64,000 nucleotides of DNA from Octopus sinensis (GCF_006345805.1 NC_042998.1:23312001-23376000); one strand, 5' to 3'; numbered from the stretch's first letter, positions 50,189 to 63,535 are shown. Made by a program: numbers and translations. The notes: a model not told the origin generated them from the sequence alone.

Positions 50189-50349
50189 CGACAGGCATCT
50201 TTCAGTTTCCGTCTACCAAATCCACTCTCAAGGCTTTGGTCAGCCTGAGGTTATAGTAGAAGACGCCCAAGGTGCCACACAATGGGAATGAACCCAGAAC
50301 CATGTGGTTGGTAAGCAAGCTTCTTACCACACAGCTACTCCTGCGCCTA
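49945..50349 (-). mobile_element. SINE family A, full length
   Basis: Reverse complement of 22209-22606. Confidence 0.9.
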
Positions 50350-50819
50350 TATATATATATATTGATATACATGTGTAAAGCTGTGTATGTGCAACAACAC
50401 GTGTGTGCCTGTGAGCGTGTTTGCAAATATGGAAAGGAAGAGAATAAGCTCAATAAAAAGAAGTTAGGTGAATAATGAGAAAGATAAACAGAATAAGAAA
50501 CGAAAAGAAACAGAGGATAAAGGGAAAAAAAAAACAAGTGCATTGAAAAAGGAAGAGAAAAGGAAGATGAAGAGTAAAGAAAGAAAGAATAGACATGACA
50601 ATAAAAGAAAAGGGGAAACTTAAGATGCAAATAGCGAAAAGAAACCAGTTGAGAGACAACAGATAAATCGGATGTTCCGGGAATTCTTTAAAGAAATTTG
50701 GGAAATTCTTCAGAGTTAAATGTGATAATTTCTAAAATGAAAATAATTGAAAAGTTGATAAATTAAATTAGTTAGCAAATACAAGGAATTTATTTCTAAT
50801 AATTATCTGCATACAATTC

Positions 50820-50853
50820 TTATATACATGTAGGTATGTGTGTATGAGTGCTA

Positions 50854-50893
<40 letters not shown>

Positions 50894-50931
50894 ATATATA
50901 TACACACACACACACCACACACACACAGACA

Positions 50932-50963
<32 letters not shown>

Positions 50964-50976
50964 GACACATATATAT

Positions 50977-51039
<63 letters not shown>

Positions 51040-51175
51040 TATATATATATCTGTGTGTGTGTATGTTTGTGTGTGTTCATAAATGCTAATATATGTACAT
51101 TACACACACACACACATACGTTAATGTAGTTGTGTGTGTGTGCATGTATATAAGCATACATGTGTGTGTGTATGT

Positions 51176-51216
<41 letters not shown>

Positions 51217-51250
51217 TGTGTATGTATGTATGTATGTATGTTTGTATGTA
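50820..51250. repeat. Compound (AC)n/(AT)n/(GT)n microsatellite
   Basis: Direct inspection. Confidence 0.95.
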
Positions 51251-51591
51251 TGCATTGCCACTTGTTTGCAAAGAGCGAAGTGGTGAACTTGTTGCAGAAG
51301 AGTGTTAAATACAAATTCAATAAGAAAGGTGACTTCATAGAATATTTCCATAGTGACTTGCTTTGCAAATGCTTTGCTTACCCAATGCCGCTTTCCCGTC
51401 ACACTGACTATCGATCATTGTTACAAGCTCTTGAAGTCAGTTTTAGCTAAGATTTGGTATTTTGTTTTGCTCAACTGTTGTTCGTGATAAAAAAAATTCT
51501 CAGAGTGAAAATTATTTTCACAATATGTAATATTGTTCATTTGAGTTATTTTAGAGAAAGGATACATACATTCATAAATACATACATGTAG

Positions 51592-52156
51592 CAAGTGAAA
51601 TCAATCAAAATCAAATTCGATGACTGACGTCCATGCTAGCAGGGTGCAAAGAGCACCATACGAGCGTGATCATTGACAGAGCGGCTAACCGGCTTCTGTG
51701 CTGGTGGCACTTAAAAGGCATCATTTGAGCGTGATCGTTACCAATGTCACCTTACTTGCACTTGTGCCCGTGCTAGTAGGGAGCCAAGAGCACCATCCGA
51801 GCGTGATCGTTGCCAGAGCAGCCAACTGGCTTCCATGCCAGTGGCACGTAAAAGGGCACCATTCGAGTGTGATCGTTACCAACGTCGCCTTACTGGCATC
51901 TGTGCTGGTGGCATGTGTAAAAAGATTCAAGCGAGGTCGTTGCCAGTACCGCCTGACTGGCCCCCGTGCCGGTGGCACGTAAAAAGCACCCACTACGCTC
52001 TTGAAGTGGTTGGCGTTAGGAAGGGCATCCAGCTGTAGAAAGTCTGTCAAATCAAGATTGGAGCCTGGTGCAGCCATCTGGTTTGCCAGCCCTCAGTCAA
52101 AATTGTCCAACCCATGCTAGCATGGAAAGTAGACGTTAAACGATGATGATGATGAT
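51592..52156 (+). mobile_element. Family C (long RTE 3' UTR fragment, about six repeat units)
   Basis: Begins gcaagtgaaatcaatcaaaatcaaattcg (AAATC-like tract as at 16530) and ends (GAT)n. Confidence 0.9.
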
Positions 52157-52559
52157 GTATATGTACATAGATGGAGAACATATACACAACAACTCACACA
52201 CACATAATCACATACACTGTGTCCCATGCAAAAATAGAACAAAACAAACACAGAGAAAAAAAATCGTCAAATGGAAAAAAATTGTACTAGAAAAACAATA
52301 CAACCATTTAGCTAGATACATCAAAGAAACAGACCTTTCAACAAAACCACCCTCGGTTGCAATGAAGTCCTCACTGTAGCCATAGAAGTGACTGCTTATC
52401 AGGATCAGGTAACCCTAAGCTATTCCACTCCTAATGGCATTACCTGAGTCCTAGTCACAATGTGGCCATCAGCCTGTCTCCTTTATGAGCATCGAATGCA
52501 GGGGATCGAGTCTGATGAACCAGGAGACCACATAATGATGGGGTGGGGGTTACACGATC

Positions 52560-52900
52560 CAATGGTTCTCCCAGGTTTTGCCAGACATTAATTATTCTCT
52601 CTTCATAAAGAAAGACTTGTACTAGGTATCATATCTAACAGAGAACCTTGCCCCTTTGATGTACTTTGTAAAGGGCCTCATTGACTTGCTGAGGTTGTTG
52701 TTGTTGATGTCCTAGACATACAAAGAAAACGGTGCCATTTTGGTGACGTCTGATTACAGGAAACGTTTCTGTCTATTGGTCATATGTGTTATGTTCTTGT
52801 CAGGAACTTTTAAATCTTTAGTGACTCTGATCACAAAGGATCTGGCCACATTCAGAACCTGGTAATTTTTTAGTCACATTTGATTGGCATCTACAGTCAC
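52560..52900 (-). mobile_element. Possible very old CR1-like 3' end
   Basis: Minus strand reads in broken frames ...YKVHQRG...KSFFMK..IINVWQNL. Confidence 0.35.
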
Positions 52901-55695
52901 GAGCAGGAGATGACTTTTCTTACACACACACACACACAATTATACAGTGTGGTTAAGAAAAGTTTACTTTTAAATCATGTAAAACCGAGTTTGATGTACA
53001 AAGATAGATAGATATTTAATGATATATAAAACTATTTCAAAATAAAACAAAAACATATTAACATAATAATGTATACAGGTTTCAAATCCCCATCAAGACT
53101 CTACTGTATCGCAATTCTTCTAGTTCAACACATTATCTTAGATGAAATGGTTTGCCAAACATGTACAACCCCAAAACATGAAAGAGTATCATCATTAAGA
53201 AACAGGAGAAACTGTAATTGCTAGCTTTAAAAAAAAAAGTGATATAAATCAGAAAGAACTTGCCAGCTGGAATAAATATTTAATCATTTCTTAAGCATGG
53301 GTTGATTAGAATGTTCCTAGAAGATTGTATTGATAAAGTTGCAAAGAGGTTAGTATAATGAGATTTTAATAAAAGAGAAAAAGAGAGGAGGGAACAGGGA
53401 TTAAGTTGTCTTCTAGTGAAGTAATTTTAACCAATAATTACTTACTGATGTCTGTAACTTATCAAGGCAACCAATGAGAAAAAGAGGAAATCATTTGGTA
53501 GCAGCTGTGGATTGAAAGCATCTTGTAAACTTGTAAGGGTCGTTGGATCACTGCTAAAGACTTTATGAATATGGAATATGTAATAATTGAAGAGAGCCTC
53601 ATGGAGCCCATCTGTTGTGTTACATAGACCGGGTTTTGTAGGTGAAAGGTGAAAGCAATGTGAAATGGATTAAACATTGCTGGCTTAGTCTGCTAAGAAT
53701 TACTACAATTCTACTACATTTGCATCCAGTTGGAGGCTGAAGCCAATAAGAGAACTTCTATGTAGTCAATCGACATGCTAGAAACAACAGTCAACTCTCA
53801 CTCAAATTATATATCCCATTGTCTTAAAAATAAAAAGAATACACTGGATAATTGTAGTACCTGATGCACTGGTCTGGGAAAAACGTCAGAATGGTCAGGG
53901 TCAAAGTGCCTTTGTCCAAAGATCAGGAGTTAAGCTGACCTGGGGCTAGATGACAACTTACACCTAGAAAAGCTTGGGCCATTGAACGTTAAGTAACTTG
54001 GTCAAGGAAAGGTGGTTGTGAGAGTTAGAGAGTATGAACTGACAGCCTTGATGTTAGAGTACAGGAATATAATTATTAATATTTCCTTTAAATGCACACC
54101 AGTGGCTTGAGAGAATTGATAAAGCAGTGGACATAATGACTTGCAATGTTTGTTTCTGCTCATTTAGATGCTGAATTCAAATCCAACAGAAGTCGACTCT
54201 GCCTCTCATTTTTCCAGGGTCAAGAGAAAAAAGTATGAAGGACTGTTCTCTTTACCCAGATTTGGGGCCTTGTATCTATGTACGAAATCAGTGTTTCCTT
54301 TCTGGACATTCTGGACATTCAATATCCAATGATTTTGACAGAAAAAGAAACCATACCAAAACAAACAATTGGAGCCGGGTGCAGCCTTCTAGCTAGCAAG
54401 CTCGTGTCAAACCATCCAACCCATGCCAGCATGGAAAACAGATGTTAAGTGATAATGATGAAGGTGATGATGATGATATATAAAGGTAGTAATGCAAGAA
54501 GCTGGCAGAATCTTTAACACACCAGGCAAAATGCTCAATGGCATTTTGTCTGTCTTTATGTTCTGAGTTCAAATTCCTCTGAGGTCAGTTTTACCATTCA
54601 TCCTTTTGGAGTCAATAATACAAGTACCAGTTGAGCACTGGATTCAATGTAATCAACTACCCAACCCCTCAAAATTCTTAGTCTTATGCCAATACAAGGA
54701 TTATAGAGAGGTAGTAACATTTTCTATATGAATTCAGGACATGCAATGCATGCCCAAAATATACAAGTGAATTTTAAAATCAGAAAAAAAAAAAAGATTT
54801 GAATATAAATGTTTTTATGTGTATCCTATTTGAATTATAGAACTTTGATTTTTAGAATTACATATTCTGGCTTTTAAGTATCAGAAGTTAACCCTGTATA
54901 AAGTACTAGGAGTTAGCCCTGGCATTCAAAGAGCTCAGCAAGGTCAACAGAGGCTCCTATGTTGGCCCTAATGAACTCTTTGGATGCTAGGCTATTGTTT
55001 TAGGGTTGACAATTTACATCATTACTAACACACATGGTTCCTCCAGAGAGAGGCATTGTCTTACTTAGTTGCCAATATCCTCCCACCCCCTAAGTACTTT
55101 ACCAGTATAAACGCAGTGTAAGTAGCAACCATTTCATCAGTCTACAAGCATCTTCATATTCCAGTAGAAAAATGTCTATTTTTATAGCACTGCGAGGCCT
55201 AACTCCAGTAAACGTAAGCATAAAGCAAAATGAACAGATGTTATATCAGGAATGTTGTGGCTCACACAAAAAAAAAAAAATTTTGGGTGGTGGTAATGCT
55301 AATAATAATAATAATAATGATAATGATGATGATGGTGGTGTTTTCAGACATAGTCACGTAGACACAAATTTGTGGCGATGTGTGTAGTCAATTAAGACCA
55401 TCTGTATTTCTAATTAATATTTTCTTTTATAAGCTTTGCAATGATGGAAAGCCAAATTAACCCCAGCAAAATTTACACTAAAATCCTGCCAAGAAGAAGC
55501 AAAAGGAAGAGTGTTTTAATGAATACACACACATACATATTATATACACATATTACACACACATACACACACATATTTTAGGAAGTTAAAAGTTATGGGT
55601 GGTCATAACTTTTAACTTTCTAAGGAAAATATTACTGTTTTAATACTTTAGTGAGTTTCTTTTGCAAAAATATGAACTACTGATAGATAAATAAT

Positions 55696-55726
<31 letters not shown>

Positions 55727-55727
<1 letters not shown>

Positions 55728-55860
55728 GGAAGGGCATCCAGCTGTAGAAACTTTGCCAGATAAGATTGGAGCCTGGTGCAGCCATCTGGTTCACCAGTCC
55801 TCAGTCAAATCGTCCAACCCATGCTAGCATGGAAAGTGGACGTTAAACGATGATGATGAT
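55727..55860 (+). mobile_element. Family C terminal fragment
   Basis: aggaagggcatccagctgtagaaac...(GAT)n inserted in (AT)n. Confidence 0.85.
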
Positions 55861-55875
55861 ATATATACATATATA

Positions 55876-56265
55876 GGTGCAGGAGTGGGTGTGTGGTAAG
55901 TAGTTTGCTTACCAGCCACATAGTTCCGGATTCAGTCCCACTGCATGGCACCTTGGGCAAGTGTCTTCTATAGCTTCAGGCTGACCAAAGCCTTGTTAGT
56001 GGATTTGATAGACGGAAACTGAAAGAAACCTGTCGTATATATGTATATGTATATATACGTGTGTGTTTCTGTGTGTTTGTCCCCCCAACATCATTTGACA
56101 ACCGATGCTGGTGTGTTTATGTCCCCGTAACTTAGCGGTTTGGCCAAAGAGACCAATAGAATAAGTACTAGGCTTACAAAGAATAAGTCCTGGGGTTGAT
56201 TTGCTCGACTAAAGGCAGTGCTCCAGCATGGTCGCAGACTGAAACAAGTAAAAAAGTAAAAGAGT
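55876..56265 (+). mobile_element. SINE family A, full length
   Basis: Colinear with the other copies. Confidence 0.9.
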
Positions 56266-57089
56266 AACCACATCATTGAAATCTCAAAGCTAAGAGATAA
56301 TGCATGATTCATTCAAAACAATGTGAATTAATAATCATTGCATTTGATTTGACAGAGTAATCTGAATGCTAAAAGGTTAAGGGTACATATGACTGAGGAG
56401 CACTCAGCCACTTTCACTGTAATTCAATGAATAAGCTGTTCAGTTGATGAAACAACTGGAATATTCATTGTTGAAATCCATAGAGATACAGATTATTTTT
56501 TTTTGTTTGCTTTTTAATTCTTTTTGACAGAATAAATGACAAGAACTAAGAAAATGTCATGTTAGTTTGAAATCAAAAGCAGAAATTGCCAGAGGTAAAA
56601 TAATGCAGTGAATACTGATCTGAGAAATTGGATCATGTCAGCGAAAATAACAACTTAAGAGAAGATAAAGAAGCAACTAATGATCAGATAGATCTGTCAA
56701 AGAGTGTAAAAAGGTTGCAAAAGAAAACCAAATGTTAAAACGATATGGTTGCTAATGTTGGAAATGATCATATACAATTTTGATTTCTAAAAGATGAGTG
56801 CAATCACTTTGCATTTATCAAACTATGTTATATCCTTATATTGTGATGGCTTTCAATATTCTTATATATTGGTAGGCACAGACGAGGCTCTGTGGTAAGA
56901 AGTTTGCTTCCCAACCACATGGTTGTGGGTTCAATCTCACTGCATGGCACTTTGGGCTTGTGTCTTCTACTATACTTGCAGGCTGATCAAAGCCTTGTGA
57001 GTGGATTTGGATAACTGGAAACTGAAAGAAGCATGTCTCATATGTGTGTGTGTGTGTTACTGTCTCCTTGCCTTGATATAATAATAATA

Positions 57090-57491
57090 ATAATAATAAT
57101 GAAATTATTGTATACAGTGCTCAGGTGCACCACAACTTGTCAAAAGTGTGTATAAGGCATATGTAGTGATGTACAAATGTCTGGAAAGCGAACAGTGTAT
57201 AAGTCAGATACATGCTTGTATGTGTATGGAGGGGAGAAATCAGGTGTAGTGTTGGCAAATCTCGAGAAGCATGGAAGTTTTGAAGGATGCAGTGCTCCAA
57301 CAACTAACAACTGATATCAGCAGTTTGTTCCATACTTCAGCAACTCTTAGCGAGAAAAAATATTTCCGAAAGTCATGGGAGCTGTGCTGTTTTCTGACTT
57401 TGTAAACATGTCCATAGGTGTTAGACAGGTGGAGTTTGAAAAGGTACTCAGAATTATTGTTTGTAAGATGGTTAATAATTTTAGATATCAT
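57090..57491 (-). mobile_element. CR1-type LINE 3' end
   Basis: ORF 57240-57491: KIINHL...GHVYKVRKQ...RKYFFSLRVAEVWNKL...SFKT; UTR matches 23430-23490; (ATT)n tail. Confidence 0.88.
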
Positions 57492-59346
57492 ATGATATCT
57501 TAAAAAATGTCATGATCATGAAAGCAGTGTCCTTCGTTCTTAATCTTCCATGCAAAACATGTCGGGTTATAAGGAAATATTACCTTATTTAGAAGCAGGT
57601 GAGGGTTGGCGACCTCATGGGCATCCGACAAAAGAAAAATCTGCCTCAACAAATTTCTGTCTGCCTCACAGAAGCAGGGAAAAGTGAACATAAAAACAAT
57701 GATGATTATGATGATAATGATTGCTACATTGTTGCTGTTGTTTGGCACTGGATTAGCTTTTTACCAGGATCAGATGCATTCCAGCTGTCTCTATTGTGTC
57801 TTTTTTTTTTTTGAGACAAGAAGATGTGATCTGAGAGAAATTTGGCTACTATTTCTAGCTACGTAATGACTCCTTAGCAGGCTCAATAGCTTTTAATGCG
57901 TTTCATTGGAAGAAACAGTAGAGCACAGCTTGCAGAATTTAATTTTGTTACTTAATATTCTGTGTTCAAGTCTTACAATAGCAGAGCCTTTCATGCATGT
58001 TCGTTAATTTAATTAACTATTCACCCCACTCTCCCTCAAATAAAAAGAAAAACAAACTAGCTTTGTTTCAAAAGAAATCAATATTCTTATACAAATATCT
58101 TCAATGTTAACTTAGCAATAATTAATTTATTGAATTTTATGGAGCAGTTTGTTTATGAAGATTATTATACATATTTGTACTGAAATATGAAAACATACAA
58201 CAAAAGAATTTATAAACAAGTGTTACCGTTCTTGTCATGGTCATTGTTACCATTTACATTTTAATATGAACTGAATGGGTATACAACACATCACTACTCT
58301 TTCCCAATTATATTGAAGACAAGATATTAATTAATCTAGCCATCTATGTGTGATATACACCATTGATAGGCCAGTTACTGCAGTATTCATCCAGAGATAA
58401 CATCTCATGTGGACATACTGAGTTAAAAACAATAAATATCAGAGGAAGACAATAACTGTCCAATAGTGGCTGGTGAGCACATCATGAATAAATCATTTGG
58501 GGCATTTTCTATGATGTGTACTTGCAGCCAGACATAGAATTCATTGCCTCTGATATAGGAAACACTGTTGTGAAGTATAACATTTTACTTTCTCAGTCAG
58601 AGTATTTATGCAGAATGTAAACCTTGTCTAGAGCTAATGAGAGAGCCTTCTAATGGCTGATTTCCATGTTAGAAACAGTAGCCATATGCTTTCAAACTGT
58701 ACCTTACCATCTTAAAAAATGAAGGACATAATTTGGATAACAGTCTTGGATGCATATTCTGAAGCTAAGAATGGATTCTTTGATTATAGGTTTACTCAAT
58801 CAGGCTTGATAAGGGAATCCTAAACAACATGTTATTCCAAACATCAATTCTTAAAATGATACTCATAAAATGAAAATAAAATTTTATTTTAAAACATTAA
58901 CCATTAATGTTTAACACAAGTGCTGAAAATGTTATTCTCAGATGTAAATCTTAATATTTATCAATAAATTTATTCCATTATAATCTTAGTTTACAAATAT
59001 CCTCTGATATATAAAACCAGATTTTTTTTTCTTAACAGATTTTTGCTAAATACAATAGCAAAGTTTCTCATTATTTTTCCAAGAAGATATTAGTAAACAT
59101 CAGTAGGAAATAGAACAGATTAAAATCAATTACCCATATACTATAATACTTGATACATACAGTCACTAATGTGCATTTTATGCATCATTTTTATTTGTGC
59201 TGTTCCTTACTAATGACTCAGAGAAGCAAAAAAATAATACAAATTTGTGAACAACTGAAAACTATATTATCAAATTTAATTTCTTGTGTATTGTATGAGT
59301 AGAATGTTTTCCTTGTAAATTATTCTCAGTATTCATATCTGGAATA

Positions 59347-59511
59347 TGGTGGTGAGCTGGCAGAGTTGTTAGCACACTGGACAAAATCGACCCTGAAAGG
59401 ATGAAAGGCTAAGTCAACCTCGGCGGAATTTGAACTCAGAACGTAATGGCAGACGAAATACGGCTACGCATTTCGCCCGGTGTGCTAACGGTTCTGCCAG
59501 CTCGCCGCCTT
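59347..59511. mobile_element. Family B fold-back: plus-strand head (59347-59388) fused to a minus-strand 5' half (59389-59511)
   Basis: ggtggtgagctggcagagttgttagcacactgg ... ccggtgtgctaacggttctgccagctcgccgcc. Confidence 0.8.
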
Positions 59512-59721
59512 TAAGATATATAGAAATCTCGCTTTAGAGATGCTATTATACGTTAAATTCAAATTACGATGAATGTAGACAAACAAATGAAGTTTGCTTT
59601 AGAAGAATTGAGATGTCTTAGAAAGTTAAAGAAGTGATTTTAAATTCTCAAACGCAGGATAATGCTAATAATATAGCCTGAACAGGATAAAATACCCCTA
59701 TTATGCAGAAAAAAGTGTTGG

Positions 59722-59798
59722 TGGCCGGCTATGAGACTTGAACTCACACCTCCGTGATTACGCATCGCAGTGCTCTGAACCATTAAGCTAAACCATCC
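59722..59798 (-). pseudogene. tRNA-like sequence (decayed tRNA gene or SINE head) followed by a T6 Pol III terminator
   Basis: GGATGGTTTAGCTTAATGGTTCAGAGCA...GTGAGTTCAAGTCTCAT-AGCCGGCCA; D and T arms pair, acceptor and anticodon stems mismatched; TTTTTT about 8 nt downstream. Confidence 0.6.
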
Positions 59799-60380
59799 AC
59801 ACCACAAATATATGATAGATGCAGTGTGGCTACGTGGCTAAGGAGTTTGCTTCCAAACCATGTGACTTTGGGTTCTGTCTCACTGTGTGGTACTTTGGGT
59901 AAATGTCATCTACTATAGCCCTATGTTGGTCAAAGGCTTGTAAGTGGATTTGGTAGACGTAAACTTAAAAAAGCTCATTGTATATGTATACATGTGTGTG
60001 TGTGTGTGTTTATTTTGGTATCTCCATGTCTTGCCATCATATGATAGTCGTAAATGAATGTCACTGTCATACTAGCAGTGTCACTCATTTCCAACATGCT
60101 GTGGAGACATGTCTGAGCATGAGGAAGTATCAACATGCCCCTAAACAGATGAGGACTGGTGACAAGAAGGACATCTGGCAGTAGAAAATCTGTCCAACCC
60201 ATGCAAGCATGGAAAAGTGGACATTAAAACAACAATGAAATAGATACATATATATACAGTGCCCAGTTGCACTATACATATATATACATATATATATATA
60301 TATATAGGTTTAGGTTTTGGGTGGGGAATAAATATGTGAATAAAATTGAGAAGAAATATATATTCATATAAATTAAGCAT

Positions 60381-60417
60381 TGTATCATGAATAGCGATTG
60401 CGAAACCGGTCGATACA
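60381..60417 (+). ncRNA. Degenerate minimal hammerhead motif (GAAA-CCGG-TC)
   Basis: tgtatc ... GAAA ccgg TC gataca; perfect 6-bp stem I and palindromic stem III, but the CUGANGA box is eroded (atga). Confidence 0.55.
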
Positions 60418-60945
60418 TTAAAAATTATATTATAACCATGTAAGTGTGTGTATTTTCCTTTTTTTATTTTCTTATATACATTACAATCCACCACATGGGG
60501 ACAACCGAAATTCCTCTTTTCTGTTACTACTACTATATATGTATATATATATATATATATGTGTAGATATAAAGATAGAAAGACAGGTGCACACACACAC
60601 GCGCGCGCCTGTATAGAATCTGTCTCAATTCATACAAAACCAAGACAAATCTATAACAAAAAATGTTCAAAGAAATGTTTTAGGGTAATGAAAGAACTTC
60701 AGATCTATGACAATCATTTAAAAGATAGAAATGAAACTGTAATGAAAAATAAAGAGTTATGCTTTTCAAAGCAGACATAATAAACTCAGAATGATTCTGT
60801 TATTTTCTTCATAAATAGGAAAATATAGAAAACTGTCCTGATATATTTCTGATATGTTTTATGGTTCATTTAACCACTCATCAGAAGACAATTACTGTCT
60901 TATTCCCTTTAAGAGAATATATGTTTAAGCAAAAAAAATGTTTAA

Positions 60946-61735
60946 CCCTTTTGTTACTGTATTTATTTTGAGATGCTGTGTTTCTTTCAATTAATGTTAA
61001 CTATAACAAAGAATTTAGTAAAATAGCTTAGTTATCATTAAGCTGGTGTTAGGAACATAAATTGTGGCTAAGGTTTGGTGGAAGGTTTTAATTCAAAACT
61101 TTTGAAAACAGAGGCAGTTTCAGCCAGGTTGGTATCAAAAGGGTTAAATTAATCATTTGTTGACCCTTTTGTTACCATATTTCTGTTAAGATGCTCTGTG
61201 TTTCTTTCAATCACTTTAACTATAACAAGGAATTTAGTAAAATATCTTAGTTGTCATTAAGCTGCTGTTAGGAACATTTTAATTCAAAACTTATGAAAAC
61301 AAGACATTTGTACTACAGAGCGAGAGATAGTTTCAGCTGGGTTGGTATCAAAAGGGTTAAACACAAAACTAGAGCTTCACTGAAATAACTAAACTAATTT
61401 TCATGTCACACATTTGTCAATGCCATCATTAGAGAATAAGTATTTATGCACAACACAGCGAGTGTATTAGAAGACCTAGGATAATTTAAAGAAGTCAATC
61501 TATCACAGTTTTAAAGTCTTTAGCTGTGAGCGTTAACCCTGTCATTACCATATTTCTGTTGAAACACACTACCTTCATTTCAATTCATTTTGAAAACAAT
61601 GAGGAGTTTAGTAAAATAGCTAAGTTGTATTTCAGCTGAAATTTTGATTGAAGTTTTTAATTAAGATAATTTTAAGATAGGGAGTTTTGTATTGTTGAAC
61701 CAAGAGCAGTCTTAAGGGAGTTAGTATCTAAATTA
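60946..61735 (+). mobile_element. Three clustered E1 piggyBac-type MITEs (60946-61143, 61164-61356, ~61537-61735)
   Basis: TTAA-CCCTTTTGTTAC ... GGTATCAAAAGGG-TTAA termini on the first two (the second has TTGA on the left); the third is degenerate. Confidence 0.85.
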
Positions 61736-63127
61736 AACACGGCTGAATACATCTTGTTTTTCTCTTCATACACAGAAACACAAAGGAAGTTGTTCTGATA
61801 TATTTCACAGTTTGTTGACCTCTAATCAGCCGACAAGTGCCCACTAGAGCAACATATGATTTATAACATATTTAAATGATAAGCTCATGCTTTACAGTGA
61901 GACATTCACCAGGCTAAGTTTACAGAGGTTTTGGCTTACAAGTTGAAAGGTTGATAGCGCAATGTCCATTGTAATTTCTGTACAGTGTCTAAAGGTTAAG
62001 AATATTTAATACATAGTTACTTGTCTATAAATAAGTATTACTCAACACCTCAGCACTGGGGTTTTATGAGTTTGCAGTGCTGAGTCCTACCATAACCTAG
62101 AAATAAATGGCCTTTACCAGATTGACTTTACTTTAGAACAATGTACAGCTGCTATGACACTAAAGGTACAAAAGTCTTTTATATATTAATAATTGAATCA
62201 ACAATTCCAATCAGAATAAAATGGTATTTGGCATGATAGGATCTACAATCACTTTAATACTGTGAATATGAGGCAAAATTGTTGCATGAGTAGAGTTTAT
62301 GGAGTGTACTGGTTATGGCAAAATACCACTGGCTGTTTTTTTTTTTTTTGGCTCACTAACATTAGATCCTATTTAAGGATTTTTCATATTTGATGTGGGA
62401 AAGGTACTGAGAAGTAAAAAACAACTCTAACAATATATATGAATACAAAATTGAAGGACATGTATAAGTGAAGATACCATCTGTGTTAGCATGAATGTGA
62501 ATGAAATACTAAAAACAAAGGAAGAGAACGGAAGGAAAAAAATAACTGTTTTACTAACTATAAGTTAATGTAATTAATTCTGAACTAGAGATTGCCGGAG
62601 CTAGCAAAATGAAGATTAGATGCTATGATAGGAAAAAAACTGAAAGATCAAGGCAGAACAACGTGTAGTTAAAGAAAGTAATTAAACACGCACACATACG
62701 CACACACGCACGCACATGCACGCATTCACATACACACAGAAAAAGAAAGGAAACAAACCATAAAACTAAGTGCAACAAGGTGCATTTGCTGCAGATATGC
62801 AACTGGAGTATTGCTTCAAGTATCATTATGATAAATGAGTTCAATGAAAGCATATTAAGCCTAAGATCAATATGATGAGATAAAAGATTAATATAATGAA
62901 AAGAATAGACTTGTAGATATGTAAATAAAAATGAAAGGAAGAAAAAAATAAGATAAAAGTTATTAAAAAGTAAACAAGAGAAAATAAGACATAAATGGAA
63001 GTGCTCATAACCATTAGTCAGTCAGAGAATCTTCTCGGTTTTAAAGAAGAAATGGAGAAACTATTATAGATAAAACATTTCTTTGATCAGTGTTAATATT
63101 ACTAATCATCATTATTATTATAATTAA

Positions 63128-63535
63128 GGCGGCGAGCTGGCAGAATTGTTAGCGTGCCAGGCAAAATGCTTAGCGGTATTTCGTCTGCTACTGCGTTCTG
63201 AGTTCAAATTCTGCTAAGGTTGACTTTACCTTTCATCCTCTCGGGGTCGATAAATTAAGAACCAGTTACACACTGGGGTCAATATAATCGACTTAATCCG
63301 TTTGTGTGTCCTTGTTTGTCCTCTCTGTGTTTAGCCCCTTGTGGGTAGTAAAGAAACAGAAATAGGTATTTCGTCTGCTATTGCGTTCTGAGATCAAATT
63401 TTGCTTAGGTCGACTTTACCTTTCATCCTTTCAGGGTTGATAAATTAAGTACCAGTGAAACACAAAGGTCGATGTGATCGACTGTCCCCCTTCCCCACAA
63501 AATCCAGACCTTGTGCACATAGTGGAAAGGATTAT
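63128..63535 (+). mobile_element. SINE family B full copy plus adjoining headless copy
   Basis: ggcggcgagctggcagaattg... to 63358; the second restarts at ggtatttcgtctgcta (~63364). Confidence 0.88.

Noticed and set aside
51255-51450. Mariner transposase C-terminus (KGDFIE)
   Set aside because: A single short motif with no DDD residues or TIR found.
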